From: Octopus bimaculoides
Taxonomy: Eukaryota
Direction: 5' to 3'
Assembly (NCBI RefSeq): GCF_001194135.2
Contig: NC_068985.1
Coordinates: forward strand, 6,122,894-6,184,314
Length of the DNA: 61,421 nucleotides
The notes beneath the pieces were generated by a model that saw only the letters and a list, made by a program, of their open reading frames with translations, did not search any database and was not told where the DNA came from. The position numbers and the translations under genes are program-made. Positions 1-11,832 of this stretch are shown here, piece by piece. The stretch's first letter is position 1, and each line of letters opens with the position of its first letter.

Positions 1-10
1 TATATATATA

Positions 11-45
<35 letters not shown>

Positions 46-481
46 ATATTAAGCCCGATTTATTCGTGATCAGAGGCGTTCGAAAATCGAGTTTCTACTG
101 TATTCATGTTTTCTTTGCCAAGCAATATGAAACTATTTGACGATTAAAATTAAGTTAATCTAATTGAATGTTAATTGTGTAAAATATTAATACCCTAAAC
201 ACTCATGAGAATTTTGTCCAAGATTTCCACATAATTTCATTCAAGGTTACATGAAAATATTACCGAACTAAATATTTTTGGTGAATGAGAAAGATTGTTG
301 CTGCCTTATACAAAAATTTATAATTTTTTACTCTTTCACAGGTTTCAGCGCAAGACGTGTGACCATACTTGATCATCACCTCAAACGAAATTTACTGAAT
401 TATAAATTATCAATGATAAAAGTGAACATAATTTACATTATTTACAATTGACGGATATTCGTACTCATTTTGTTTGGTGTT

Positions 482-527
482 AGCTCAACGTTTCGGCTGA
501 TATATCCTCTTGCCTTCATCAGGTGTC
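482..527 (-). ncRNA. Degenerate hammerhead motif (inverted arm of copy 1)
   Basis: Minus strand reads GACAC-CTGATGA-A-GGC...GCC-GAAACGTT-GAGCT. The core is intact but stems I and II carry mismatches. Confidence 0.5.
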
Positions 528-574
528 TTGGGGAAATTTCGAACCTGGGTTCTCATTCCTAAGGTATTTTTAAA

Positions 575-637
<63 letters not shown>

Positions 638-803
638 GGCGTAGTGGTTAATAGTGCGGACTATTAACCTCAAGATTCCGAGGTAGAGTATAGGCAGTGA
701 CATGAATAATAATAATAATAATAATTATTATTATTATAATAATGATAACAACAACATCGAAAAATACATTACGAATGAGAACACATGTTCGAAATTTCCC
801 CAA

Positions 804-848
804 GACACCTGATGAAGGCTGAGGGTATATCAGCCGAAACGTTGTGTT
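804..848 (+). ncRNA. Minimal type I hammerhead ribozyme motif
   Basis: Stem I GACAC(804-808)/GTGTT(844-848); core CTGATGA(809-815); extra A; stem II GGCTGA/TCAGCC; GAAA(836-839); palindromic ACGT stem III; predicted cleavage after U843. Confidence 0.75.
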
Positions 849-1319
849 AACAACAAACAAGATGAGGACATATATCCGTCAAATGTAAGTAATGTAAATA
901 ATGTACATAATTCCTCATCTCTTAAATATAGAACGAATTTTACAAAATATTACACTAGAGTATAAATCATTTCTGAAATTCCCATTAATGAATTTTCATA
1001 GCAATGCAATTTAAATATCTGCTCATTCTCAAGAACATTTGCTTTGTCAAAGAATTCGAGGAAAAAATTGTCATCCATTGCATGGAATGAGGAAACCACA
1101 ATTGAACGACATTTCCGTTTGCATCTTTCTCAGGATACTTGAAGTTGATAATTGTGTGCGAGAACTTACATGATTTGCATTAGAAATGTATACTCGTCGT
1201 AGTACCATTACATTACTAAATTATGTTTATACTGAAGTTCTTTCATTAGGTTTACAACATTTTTTGCTAGTATCATTGTAACTGCATAAACGCAAATGCA
1301 CAAACATATATAAACATAT

Positions 1320-1439
<120 letters not shown>

Positions 1440-2559
1440 GTGCGTGTGTGTGTATAAAAGCTACAGAACCTTCAAGTTACGTACAAATATACGAGCGTAA
1501 TGAACATCTGAAGCGCCGGTGTTTGAAAATAATCTTCTCTCATTTCCAACAATGCGTTTGGCATGGAGTTAGGATCAAACTAACAATATTTTGTGTATCA
1601 TTCAAAATCGAAAAGATAGTCCACATGGTAAATTGACCGAAGGACTAACTCGTTTTGGGAAAATAATTAATACAAATTGAAAAAAAATCATAATAAATTT
1701 TATGGCAGGTATATTTCATTCCTTATTGGCTTTCCCTCCGATACTGCTTGTTGTTGCTAGCAGTATAAAATATTACGTCTATTCCAATTCCCTTTCAGAG
1801 TTGGTACTGAACCTACAATTGATATATTCTGCGAAGAACTCCTTTTGGCCAAAAGAAAAATTAAATTCTCTCATATAACCGGAACGTACAAGAATGTATT
1901 CGAATTTCATTATTTAAATGAAACAATATACGTACATATATTCTATTTGTGGTGAAGATTACATAATAAATGCGACACCAGAATATAGTGTCGTATTTCG
2001 GAATAAATACGGAGAGAACCGAATAGAATTTCTGTGAAATAAATGAGAAATTCAAAGCCGGGAAAACTACAGAGAATGTTGGGCACGAATATGTATTGAT
2101 AGAATTTTCAAAACATTGTTACGTCATAAGTGTATGGCTGTATAGCTACAAGAATATTACGTAGATCGTAAACCAGGTAATCTTTACAGTCCAATCCGGG
2201 AATTGTCCGCATTGGAAGATCACATATCCAGTATTAAGGACATGTTATTAGAATGTTGATGTGAAAAGGAATCACACAATGCATTCATGAAGCCGAGTCA
2301 ATAAACAAGGCTTCTATTGTTAAACTATTTATGAGATAACTGGACAATACCCAGAAGATAAACATCTCATATATATAAATATATATATATATATATANNN
2401 NNNNNNNNNNNNNNNNNNNNNNNNNNNNNNNNNNNNNNNNNNNNNNNNNNNNNNNNNNNNNNNNNNNNNNNNNNNNNNNNNNNNNNNNNNNNNNTATATA
2501 TGTATATATATAGGTAAAACTTCATGGGAATAATTCATAAACACCTATAGTCTCCGGAA

Positions 2560-2793
2560 CAGGATGAACTAGCACCTCCCATGCGAACACCACCAATTTG
2601 ACCTCTTTGAAAATACAATAGATCTATCATTTTAATGAATTTTAATTAACTTTTTCTGACGGTATCTGAAAAGAAGCAGCAATTTTAGCAAATAAAAAAA
2701 CCAAAATAAACAAGCTTTTGACGGTTTTATGGATATTTCAAAATTATTATACTAGGATACAAGGTGTTTCTATTATTTTGTCCAACCCCAGTA
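2560..2793 (+). mobile_element. Tc1-like DNA transposon right end (relic)
   Basis: 2763-2793 reverse-complements to TACTGGGGTTGGACAAAATAATAGAAACACC, a Tc1-type TIR with a TA end. ~2575-2610 loosely resembles the WPxxSPDL-coding region. Confidence 0.5.
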
Positions 2794-4522
2794 TATATAT
2801 ATATATATGAATTGTTTAATAAACAAAGTATATATCTTTATGGACTAGTAATAGTTTCATGCGATGATGACGTCTCAGACAGCATTTCAAAATACGTCTG
2901 CTGCCTTTACGCATTCTCCAGACTATGCCCACATGGCATATAAAAGCTAAAACAGGACAACAGAATAAGTGAAAATACGAGAAAATGGGAGTTTCTCGCG
3001 GATCTTTTAATGTTGCAATACTGGAATGCTCTGCTAGCCAGGATCCTGGATGATGTGCTAATGAGGTAATAACGAAGGTTATAATTATTCCTTCACTTAT
3101 CTTTTTTTCTTTGTATATATGATTTTTGAAAGACTATAATATGAAAAACGATATGTGAGCATGAGATGTGTGGGTGTGATCGAGGAAAATAGAGAGATGA
3201 AAGACAGGGAACAAGAAAGAGAGATCCAAATTGACTGAGATACTGGGAGTGCTTTGGATAACTTGCGTGTAAACAATTGCACTCGTAGTGGGAAAATAGT
3301 TTTAAGTATGCATACGATGTTTGAATATCGGTGTTGTTATCTCTGAAATAATGAAAGTGTCAAAAGAATGAGATCGTGTAAATATTGTATAATATGCGCC
3401 GATAATATAAACTCGAGTTTTTGTATCATTTACAAAGAAATTTTATATTATTTGTATTACTCTATAAAAGATATCAATATATTCGGAAATAAAAAAAATA
3501 ATACTAGCAAAATTACATTCTCCCATTTGAGATCATTCTGAGACAAGATCATAGTATAGAAAGGCAGAATAATTCAATTACATCACAATTGCTTTATTTT
3601 GGTGAATATCTTGAAGATGTATCATTTCTGTAATGCTATATATATATTATTATTATTATTATACTTGACAGGTTGGATGTTTATATTTTCCCTGGTGGTT
3701 TTTGTTGTGCTATCGAGAAAAAGAAACTCCATTTTATCCGATCAAATCTTTGCATTATTTCGTTCAGAAATAAGCGCAGTTAAATGAATGTAATTTTATT
3801 GGGCTGGAGAATGCAGTTGAAATGACACGAGTAAAATCCTTCGGGCATAACTAGTCGGAGAAGATACGCACATTAATGTATCAAATCTTCCATGTATTGC
3901 ATGATAATACAATAACATCTAACAATACGTGCAGGTGCTTACACACACACACGCACGCACACACTCGCACACAGACACACAGACATACACGCACTTGCAG
4001 ACACACACTCACAAACACAAACACACATGTACTCACATATAGGTATCTATATATCTATATCGATATGAATGTATATATGCATCTATCTATCTGGGAACTG
4101 TGTTATATATAATATATATTTCGAATGAAAGAATGTGTGGGCCAGGTTTTGAAATCTGATATGGCTATAAAAAAAACTCAACTTACCACCCAGATATATC
4201 TCTAGTCGAAACGCCATTCACTTAACTCGCTTCAGTCCATTGCAATGGGTGCACTTTGAACAATGGTGCATAAACACATGTTGCATAACTAATTGCTCGA
4301 TGTCTTTGCAGCAGAAACGTGCAGAGGACAAATTTAAATCCAATAGGTGGTAATTGACAGCAGAAATAATAATAAAAGAAAAATATGCGGTTGTACTAAT
4401 CTCCGAATTCATTGTTGCAGCATTTTGTATACACAAGGGAAAATATGCACATTCTACAGAAGCAAACCCTGGATATCCCCACCGGATAAATTATAGTGGG
4501 TTCTGTTTAGCTCAAGTAATTC

Positions 4523-5408
4523 TAGATGCTCATTGCAAATTGATGTCGTTCGCCTTAACCTAGATTATAACCAAATGCTTGAATTGTAACTGTCTGGATA
4601 TTATGCCTATATATATAAAGTCATGGAACAACAGAATCGTTCCGACATTGTTGTTTTGGCACGCGCAGGGTACACTACCAATAGAATTGTAAAGTTGTTG
4701 AAACATCCAAAAGCAACAGTTTATCGTGTATAAAAATGATTTAAAGAAGAGGGAAATATTGATAGAAAAGGACACACGGCTCGAAATGATTCCAAGCGCA
4801 ATTCAAAGCTTCTTGCTGGCTTCAAACGCTCGAATGTCAGTGATCTCACTGACATTGGTGCCATGTAAAAAGAACTGAATCCAGTTTGTGAAGTGGTTGC
4901 TGCTAGGGAGTGCATCCAGGTGTATAAAACATGCCAAAGCAACCAGGTGTAGTTGTAGCCATATAGACCGGTGTCTGATTGCATCTACTAAACTTAGTAG
5001 ACGGCTAATTATGAAAAATATACCACACTATATTTGAATGAAACCCTAATGGTCGAGACAGAGAATGGCGATTGCGGATAATTTTTTTTCTTCATGGTTA
5101 AGTTAACGAAAGACAAAGATAATGATAGAAGGGTTTGCCGTCCTCTGTTATAGAGCGACTGGCTGCAGATGATAAGGAACGCAAAAGAAAATAAGAGTGA
5201 GCGCATAATCAAAGAAGTAGTTGGACGTGGAACCTAATTGACGTGGAACCTAACTGATAGCCAATTGCAGCGTGGAAGGTGTTTCTAAACCATTTTAAAA
5301 AACACGAAACCGTTAGATTCACTTCAGCATTTAAATTTAATTTTCAAAAATATTTTCGTCGCTTTCAGACAGCCACCTGTTCGCTGACAAAATTCTGTGC
5401 TGCATCTA
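4523..5408 (+). mobile_element. Tc1/mariner-superfamily internally deleted relic with N-terminal transposase HTH pseudo-ORF
   Basis: 4623-4868 translates MEQQNRSDIVVLARAGYTTNRIVKLLKHPKATVYRV*K*FKEEGNIDRKGH..., resembling a Tc1/maT paired-like HTH with two stops. Ends share TAGATGC in inverted orientation (weak TIR). Confidence 0.6.
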
Positions 5409-5899
5409 ACTGACAGAGAAAGAAAGAAAGAAAGAAAGAAAGAGGAGTAAAAAGGGGAACAAACGTTTGAGAGAATGAGCTTGTGTTAGAAATTAACGTG
5501 ATAAGAAATATTAAAGATAAACCCGAGATTGCACTAACTGGACGGATGGGAGAAGTAAATTAACGAACATATATGAATACGAAACATCGTTCCTCAAATG
5601 TTGCTGCATGTGTAAATCCATGGTAAGCAGAATTTCCAGGTTGTGATGAATGGGTAATCGAGTGGCATACTATGTCGAAGTATGTGGTGAAGTGTTCGAC
5701 TGGCAGCAGTTTGAAGAACGATAACAGCTGTGGTAGATATATACACAATCACTGAACGCTGTCTTTTACGTCGGCATAAAAATATAAAACTGCAACTTAC
5801 AATGAGTGAAATAAATCAGGAGCCAGTAAGAGGATGCTTGCATATATACATGTGTGTGTATCTTCTTTCTTTTGTGCGTTCGTACATGTGTGTGTCTGA

Positions 5900-6275
5900 G
5901 GGGGTGTCTCCATGTACTTTTAAATGTATAGACAAGTGTGTTTATCCGTATATGTATGAATGTATGTATGTGTATATATATATATATGTATATATGTATG
6001 CATGTATATATATATATATATGTATGTATGTGTGTATATGTGTGTATATGTATATATATGTGTGTGTGTGTATACATTTATACAGGTATGTGAGTATGTT
6101 ATATGTGTGTACACACACATGTATATACATACATACACAAGCACTCATACATAAACATATATACATGTATGTATATATATATACTATATGTATATGCGTA
6201 TGTATGTATATGAATACATACACACATACATACATACATACATACATACATATCCACAAATGTATATATACTAAT
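5900..6275. repeat. Compound (TA)/(TG)/(CA)/(TATG) microsatellite field
   Basis: Direct reading; it produces several spurious Y/I/H/T-rich ORFs. Confidence 0.9.
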
Positions 6276-7261
6276 ATGCCCGAATGAGATAATGTAACTT
6301 TTTCCCTTCAGACGCTAAACACGTTACATTTACAGCTAGAACATTTTAGCTAACATTTTAGAGAAAATCACTCTCTCGTTGTAACGAAATGTAAAATAAA
6401 ACATAAAATTCTTCTAAAATGCATTTCTGTTTCACTGTTGCTTTTTGTTTTTTAGTATTATATCTCTTTGAAGTAGACATTCTGGAATTAAACTTCGCAG
6501 TTTCAGCTATTGTCGTTATTCTTCATTGATAATGTTTAAAGCTGTATTGCTGTAAGTGCTTGTTTGCCATATGTCAATGTTTTGTAATTTTGGTTTCTTC
6601 ACGAATGATCTGGGAACCATTGTTGCAGATAGCGATAACATGAAGAACGTGAAAACATACACTACGACCACAAAAATTATTTCAATGGAGCATATGAAGA
6701 GATACCGCTACGTTTAAATTCTCTTATAGTGGAAACTAGGCAATCGTTGTTTTATTCGCCGAATATCGTTACAAAACTACACCTGAAAGTCAAAGATATT
6801 AGTGAATAAGACTCAGAAAATAAGAAATAAAAACAGAAATTGATCAAAATGGTAAGTGACTTGAAAGCGATAACACAAGATGTTACATATAATGCAGGCA
6901 TTAACAAAAGCGCAGTTCTTTTACTCAAACGCATACATCTAGATAGAAAAGTGCAGGAAACTACGCATTGATTCTGTAGAATAAGTTGAATATATCAGGA
7001 ACCGTAAGGCAAAACAATGTTCTATCGCAAGCCTCATGTTTCTGCGTTCGGTTTTGCTGATATGAGTACAATAAACGAGAAAGAAAATAATGATAATGTT
7101 GTATTACAAATTAGCAACACGTTCACTAGTTTTGCTTAAAGTTTATTGTCAATTTGATCGATTCTCAACATACTCTGTTATTGACAATGGTAACCAACGT
7201 GGGATTTAAAATCAAAATGGTAAAGGAAATAATTAACGTAAGTTTTCATCATTCTCCCGTC

Positions 7262-7262
7262 C

Positions 7263-7323
<61 letters not shown>
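7262..7323. repeat. (AAT)n microsatellite directly upstream of an R4/Dong element
   Basis: Direct reading. Confidence 0.95.
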
Positions 7324-7327
<4 letters not shown>

Positions 7328-8367
7328 CGAAATACGAAGAAAAAGAAGAAGAAACAACAAAAGCTATAAAACAAATGAAATCCAAACTAAAACTAGAACA
7401 GCAACGGACCATGATAAAACGATGGCAAGAAAAGCCCCTACATGGTAAATACTGGGCTAAACTAAATGCGAAAGAAATAGACAGAGAAAAATCCCAGCAA
7501 TGGCTGAGAAGCTCAGGACTCAAAGCAGAGACTGAATGATTTTTAATTGCTGCACAAGACCAAAGCCTCCCCACCAGAAATTACCAAAAACACATANNNN
7601 NNNNNNNNNNNNNNNNNNNNNNNNNNNNNNNNNNNNNNNNNNNNNNNNNNNNNNNNNNNNNNNNNNNNNNNNNNNNNNNNNNNNNNNNNNNNNNNNNNNN
7701 NNNNNNNNNNNNNNNNNNNNNNNNNNNNNNNNNNNNNNNNNNNNNNNNNNNNNNNNNNNNNNNNNNNNNNNNNNNNNNNNNNNNNNNNNNNNNNNNNNNN
7801 NNNNNNNNNNNNNNNNNNNNNNNNNNNNNNNNNNNNNNNNNNNNNNNNNNNNNNNNNNNNNNNNNNNNNNNNNNNNNNNNNNNNNNNNNNNNNNNNNNNN
7901 NNNNNNNNNNNNNNNNNNNNNNNNNNNNNNNNNNNNNNNNNNNNNNNNNNNNNNNNNNNNNNNNNNNNNNNNNNNNNNNNNNNNNNNNNNNNNNNNNNNN
8001 NNNNNNNNNNNNNNNNNNNNNNNNNNNNNNNNAATGGAAAAACTTTCAAAATACAAAGACCTGGAAATAGAGATAACTCGAATGTGGAATCTAAAAACAG
8101 AAACAATTCCTATCATAGTAGGTGCCTTAGGTATAATAAAAAAATATTCAGACAAATACATAACAAAAATAGCAGGACTTACAAATATATATAACATACA
8201 GAAAATTGCACTACTGGGTACTGCACACATTCTACGCAAAACACTTTCAATACACTAAACATAAGAGCACCACAGCAAACCACAGCACATACCCAAGGCG
8301 CTCAGAGCTGCGCTCGGTAGTGAAGTGAAAGCACGTTATAAAAATAAAACTACTGAATAATAATAAT
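7324..8367 (+). mobile_element. 5'-truncated R4/Dong-like RLE non-LTR retrotransposon (3' ORF + 3' UTR)
   Basis: 7324-7596 gives ...RWQEKPLHGKYW...SQQWLRSSGLKAETE*FLIAAQDQSLPTRNYQKHI. After the gap, 8033-8258 gives EKLSKYKDLEIEITRMW...PIIVGALG...QKIALLGTAHILRKTL (RLE C-terminus). The 3' UTR ends ACTGAATAATAATAAT. Confidence 0.9.
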
Positions 8368-8505
8368 ACGAGAGATATGGCAGGTTACCTTGGGAAGTTA
8401 AGCAGTTGTGGTCGAGGAAAAAGGTAGCAGTAGTACCAATAATTGTCGGAGCCCTGGAAACAGTGAGCAAAAATCTCGAGAAGTACATGGAACAAATAGT
8501 TAGTG
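8368..8505 (+). mobile_element. Second, different R4-like RLE C-terminal fragment abutting the first
   Basis: Translates ERYGRLPWEVKQLWSRKKVAVVPIIVGALETVSKNLEKYMEQI (PIIVGALG-type RLE end motif). Confidence 0.75.
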
Positions 8506-8844
8506 GGATGATGAGAATTGTACGCTTAGAAAATAATTCAAACAGAGTTTCAACTCCGTGTGGATATATGTGTGTAAGTAAAACGGGGGTATGTGAATGA
8601 GTGTGTGTGTGCGTGCGTGTGTGTGTGCGTGCGTGTGTGTGTGTGTATGTGTATGTGTGTGTGCGCCTGCGTGTGCATCGAAGTGGGATGGTTCATTTTG
8701 TTCGCTTAGTATTTGGGTTTATTTTTTTGATTTGGTTGAATGGTGGTTGTTTTTAGCGTTTTTACAGAAACAAGTCATTCCAAATTGTTTTTTAACGTAA
8801 GCGTGCCCAAACAAGTCGAATGCTTACAGAGAGCAAGTTTTACA

Positions 8845-8889
8845 GCCACATCACCCAAACCGACCGGGTGAAACCGAGTTTACCTGCTA
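8845..8889 (+). mobile_element. Possible Helitron 3' terminus
   Basis: Imperfect GC hairpin CGGGT-GAA-ACCG about 10 nt upstream of CTAG, followed by T. Confidence 0.3.
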
Positions 8890-8894
8890 GTATA

Positions 8895-9005
<111 letters not shown>

Positions 9006-9377
9006 CGGGCTTGGTGGTTGTGTTGATGCTGGCTGATGCGATTTGGTGGTTTGCTGGTATGCCGAGAGAGATCCAGCCCTGCTTCTCATATTTCCTAAGT
9101 ACAGCGGTCTTTGCTCTTGACTTATGGATTCTCCATTCCGTCGATCTCTATCTCTCTTATGTTTAAAATACGCTTCTGTTTGGTTCTGGCTCATTTCTTT
9201 TATCCTTTGCTGATTTCTTTCCCTCCTCTGCTCCCTCTTCTCTTGCCTTATATTGGTGATTCTCTGTCTCACCCACGCACGATTTTGATTCCTCAATTCC
9301 TCAAGCCGTTTCTCATGCAACCGTTCTCTCCTTCTACGCTGGCACTCTCGTGCTGCGTCCTTCAGGCGATTATACAT
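9006..9377 (-). pseudogene. Charged coiled-coil ORF fragment resembling the Helitron Rep/helicase N-terminus
   Basis: MYNRLKDAARECQRRRRERLHEKRLEELRNQNRAWVRQRITNIRQEKREQRRERNQQRIKEM...RPLYLGNM. The E/R/Q repeat followed by a YxGxM motif is the pattern that precedes the Helitron zinc-binding region. The ORF then runs into (CA)n. Confidence 0.4.
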
Positions 9378-9739
9378 ATTTTAAAACTTGTAATTAAAAC
9401 AATAAATCTCCAAAATGATTCAGAGTGTTTCAATTAAAAAGTGAAAATATTTCTGAAATACTCACCTGACATGCAAGGACACAGTATATAGGATATGATA
9501 ATGAATTACACTGTAGGAAGGTAAAAAGTAAAGGGAACAAATAGAATTGATAGTTTTGATTTTTTTCGGTTCTATGAATTTAATTTCTTTTTTAATGCTT
9601 TCGTCAATTGCTTGATACAAGAAAAAAGAAATTGGAAGAATCCTTACCAAAACAGAGATATACTAACTTAAACAAAAATATAGAAAGGGAAAGTTATATT
9701 TATTTCCACCACGCCACACATATTATCGCACACACATTT

Positions 9740-10195
9740 CTTACCAATAAAGAAAGAGCCGGTTTCTAACCTTGATCTAAGGCGGCAGGTTCACTGAAGT
9801 GTCAACAGCATCAAAAGAGTATGCATGTATTTGTGAAGATGTGTATGTTTTGCTTTATGTATGTATTCCCATACATATAGTTGCATATCTAGACATGCTC
9901 ATATATATTTAAATGATAAACCTCTGGAAAGTTTTACAGACTCTTACAGTTCCACTGATGGTGTGGATCTATAGTCTTCGAATCAGCCTTCTTCTTGGTG
10001 GTTTTGAGAACACTAATTCATCAAGCTTTGTATTTAGACAGTGTGTTACATATCCTATTGCTCCAATAATTACAGGTATAAACCTGAAATTGTAATCTGG
10101 AAAGAGTAACTGCAAGTTTCTCAATAGTTTGGCGTAGGTATTCTCTTTTTCATTGATCTTCAGTTTTATGTTAACATCCACTGGTCAGCTGTTTC
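9740..10195 (-). mobile_element. NeSL/CRE-like RLE non-LTR retrotransposon 3' end
   Basis: Minus strand: DVNIKLKINEKENTYAKLLRNLQLLFPDYNFRFIPVIIGAIGYV...RRL*IHTISGTVRVCKTF, followed by a 3' UTR. Confidence 0.75.
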
Positions 10196-10389
10196 CACGA
10201 CTGAGCACAGTTTCTCTTCTCTATCCTTAATCCCAATATCAGGTCTGTTGTGCTTACATTTTATGGAGGTCTTCACTGGGACAATCCAGCAGTACTCCTT
10301 TTTATTATGAGTGGCTATGGCTTCTACCATGCTGTGAGTTCTTATTTCTTTTTTCTATGTATTTATGTCATTAGTTTATTTCACAATTT

Positions 10390-10757
10390 CTCGCCAATAG
10401 AGAAAGAGTCTATTTTTAACCAGGATCCAACACGCTTTCATTGGAATTTCAACAACAGGGTATTTTTGTTTGTATGTATGTATGTGTGTATGTATGTATG
10501 TGTGTATGTATGTATGTACAGATTTATATGTATTGCTTTATGTTCTCATGCATATAGTTGCATATCTAGACATGCTCATATATATTCAAAGGATAAACTT
10601 CTGGAAGTTTTACATATTTTTACAATTCCAGTGATGAACTGGATCAGTAGTCTTCGAATTAGCTTTCTCCGTTCTGGTTTTGAGAAGCCTAATTTCTCAT
10701 GATTGGTATTTAGGCAGATTATTACGTATGCCAGGGCCCCAATAATTACAGGTAAGT
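10390..10757 (-). mobile_element. Second NeSL/CRE-like RLE 3' end of the same family, tandem to the first
   Basis: LPVIIGALAYVIICLNTNHEKLGFSKPERRKLIRRL...GIVKICKT, plus the shared 3' UTR motif ATATATGAGCATGTCTAGATATGCAACTATATG. Confidence 0.75.
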
Positions 10758-11389
10758 ATGTATGTATGTATGTATGTATGTATGCATGTATGTATGTATG
10801 TATGTATGTATGTATGCATGTATGTATGTATGTATGTATGTATGTATGTATTGTGTATAGACACATATATTACTGGAATCCTTATATTTCAAATAATATC
10901 ATATGTGTGTAACATGTGTGCCTGGCCCTGAGTTTCCACCATCAAAATAAAGCACTTGGTGACTTTCTCGCCAGACCAATATAAAATAAAAAAAAACATT
11001 GAACTGATAAATATAAATGTTACATATTTTCTAGCAATATTTGGGAACTAATATTTCGAAATGTTTCCATGTAGCTCAGTCTTTTGGTTTACAGTTGTTT
11101 GCACTAGGTGAGCTCTATTTTATGAGTGAATCATATTCCGAAACAAAAAAGAATTTAATAGAAATGTTAATGTAAAAAATATTGTAACGCAAAGGAAAGT
11201 GCCATATAAACTTTGAAACACGGACATTGACATATCAGGGCCAATCCGTACTTGTTCAACTACAAGCGTCGAGTGAACAGTAATTCTCCCGTTGAGTAAG
11301 ATTGGTATTTTACTTTATTGGTTCATCTCGTTATAGAGCATTGCAATTTGTTATCGATTTGAGTGGTTTTAGTATTTACTCAGTGTATG

Positions 11390-11832
11390 TCGACGAGGTG
11401 GTAGAATCATTACCGCACCCGGCAAAATGCTTAGCGATATTTCGTCTTCCGTTACGTTCTGAGTTCAAATTCCGCCGAGGCTGATTTTTGCCTTTCATTC
11501 TTTCAAAGTCGATAAAATAAGTACCAGTTGTGTACTGGGGTCGATGTAATCCGCTTACCCCGTCACCCCAAATTGCTAACCTTGTACTAAAATTTGAAAC
11601 CACGTTTAAGTCAGTTCTGTGGCGGCGAGCTGGGAAAATCGCTTGGATGACAGGAAAGAAGATTAGCGGCATGGCGTCTGTCTCTACGTTCTAAGTTCAA
11701 ATTCTGCTTCGATTGAGATTGTCGTTCATCCTCTTCGTGTCGATAAAATAAATACCAGCTAAGCACTAGGGTCGATGTAATCGACCTACTCCATCCTCCA
11801 AAATTGCTGGCCTTGTGCCAAATTTGAAGCCA
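11390..11832 (+). mobile_element. Two tandem copies of SINE family A (tRNA-derived)
   Basis: Copies at 11390-11602 and 11621-11832. Family motifs: GGCGGCGAGCTGG head, GTTCAAATTC B box, GCCTTTCATCCTTTCGGGGTCGATAAAATAAGTACCAG central domain. Confidence 0.85.

Larger units (their letters stand above)
426..908 (+). mobile_element. Composite tRNA-headed, hammerhead-bearing non-autonomous retroelement with upstream inverted duplication of its 3' part (copy 1)
   Basis: 426-636 is the reverse complement of ~705-908 ((AAT)n + body). The centre, 637-704, is tRNA-like with A box TGGCGTAGTGG at 637-647. A second copy with the same layout lies at 15893-16255. Confidence 0.8.

Noticed and set aside
637-704. 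tRNA gene candidate
   Set aside because: B box degenerate and acceptor stem not closed; part of the composite repeat.
2845-2890. Minus-strand CTGAGAC…GAAACTA hammerhead-like string
   Set aside because: Core and stem II do not fit.
5730-6287. 185-aa Y/I/C/V/M-rich ORF and its overlapping partners
   Set aside because: Dinucleotide repeat translation.
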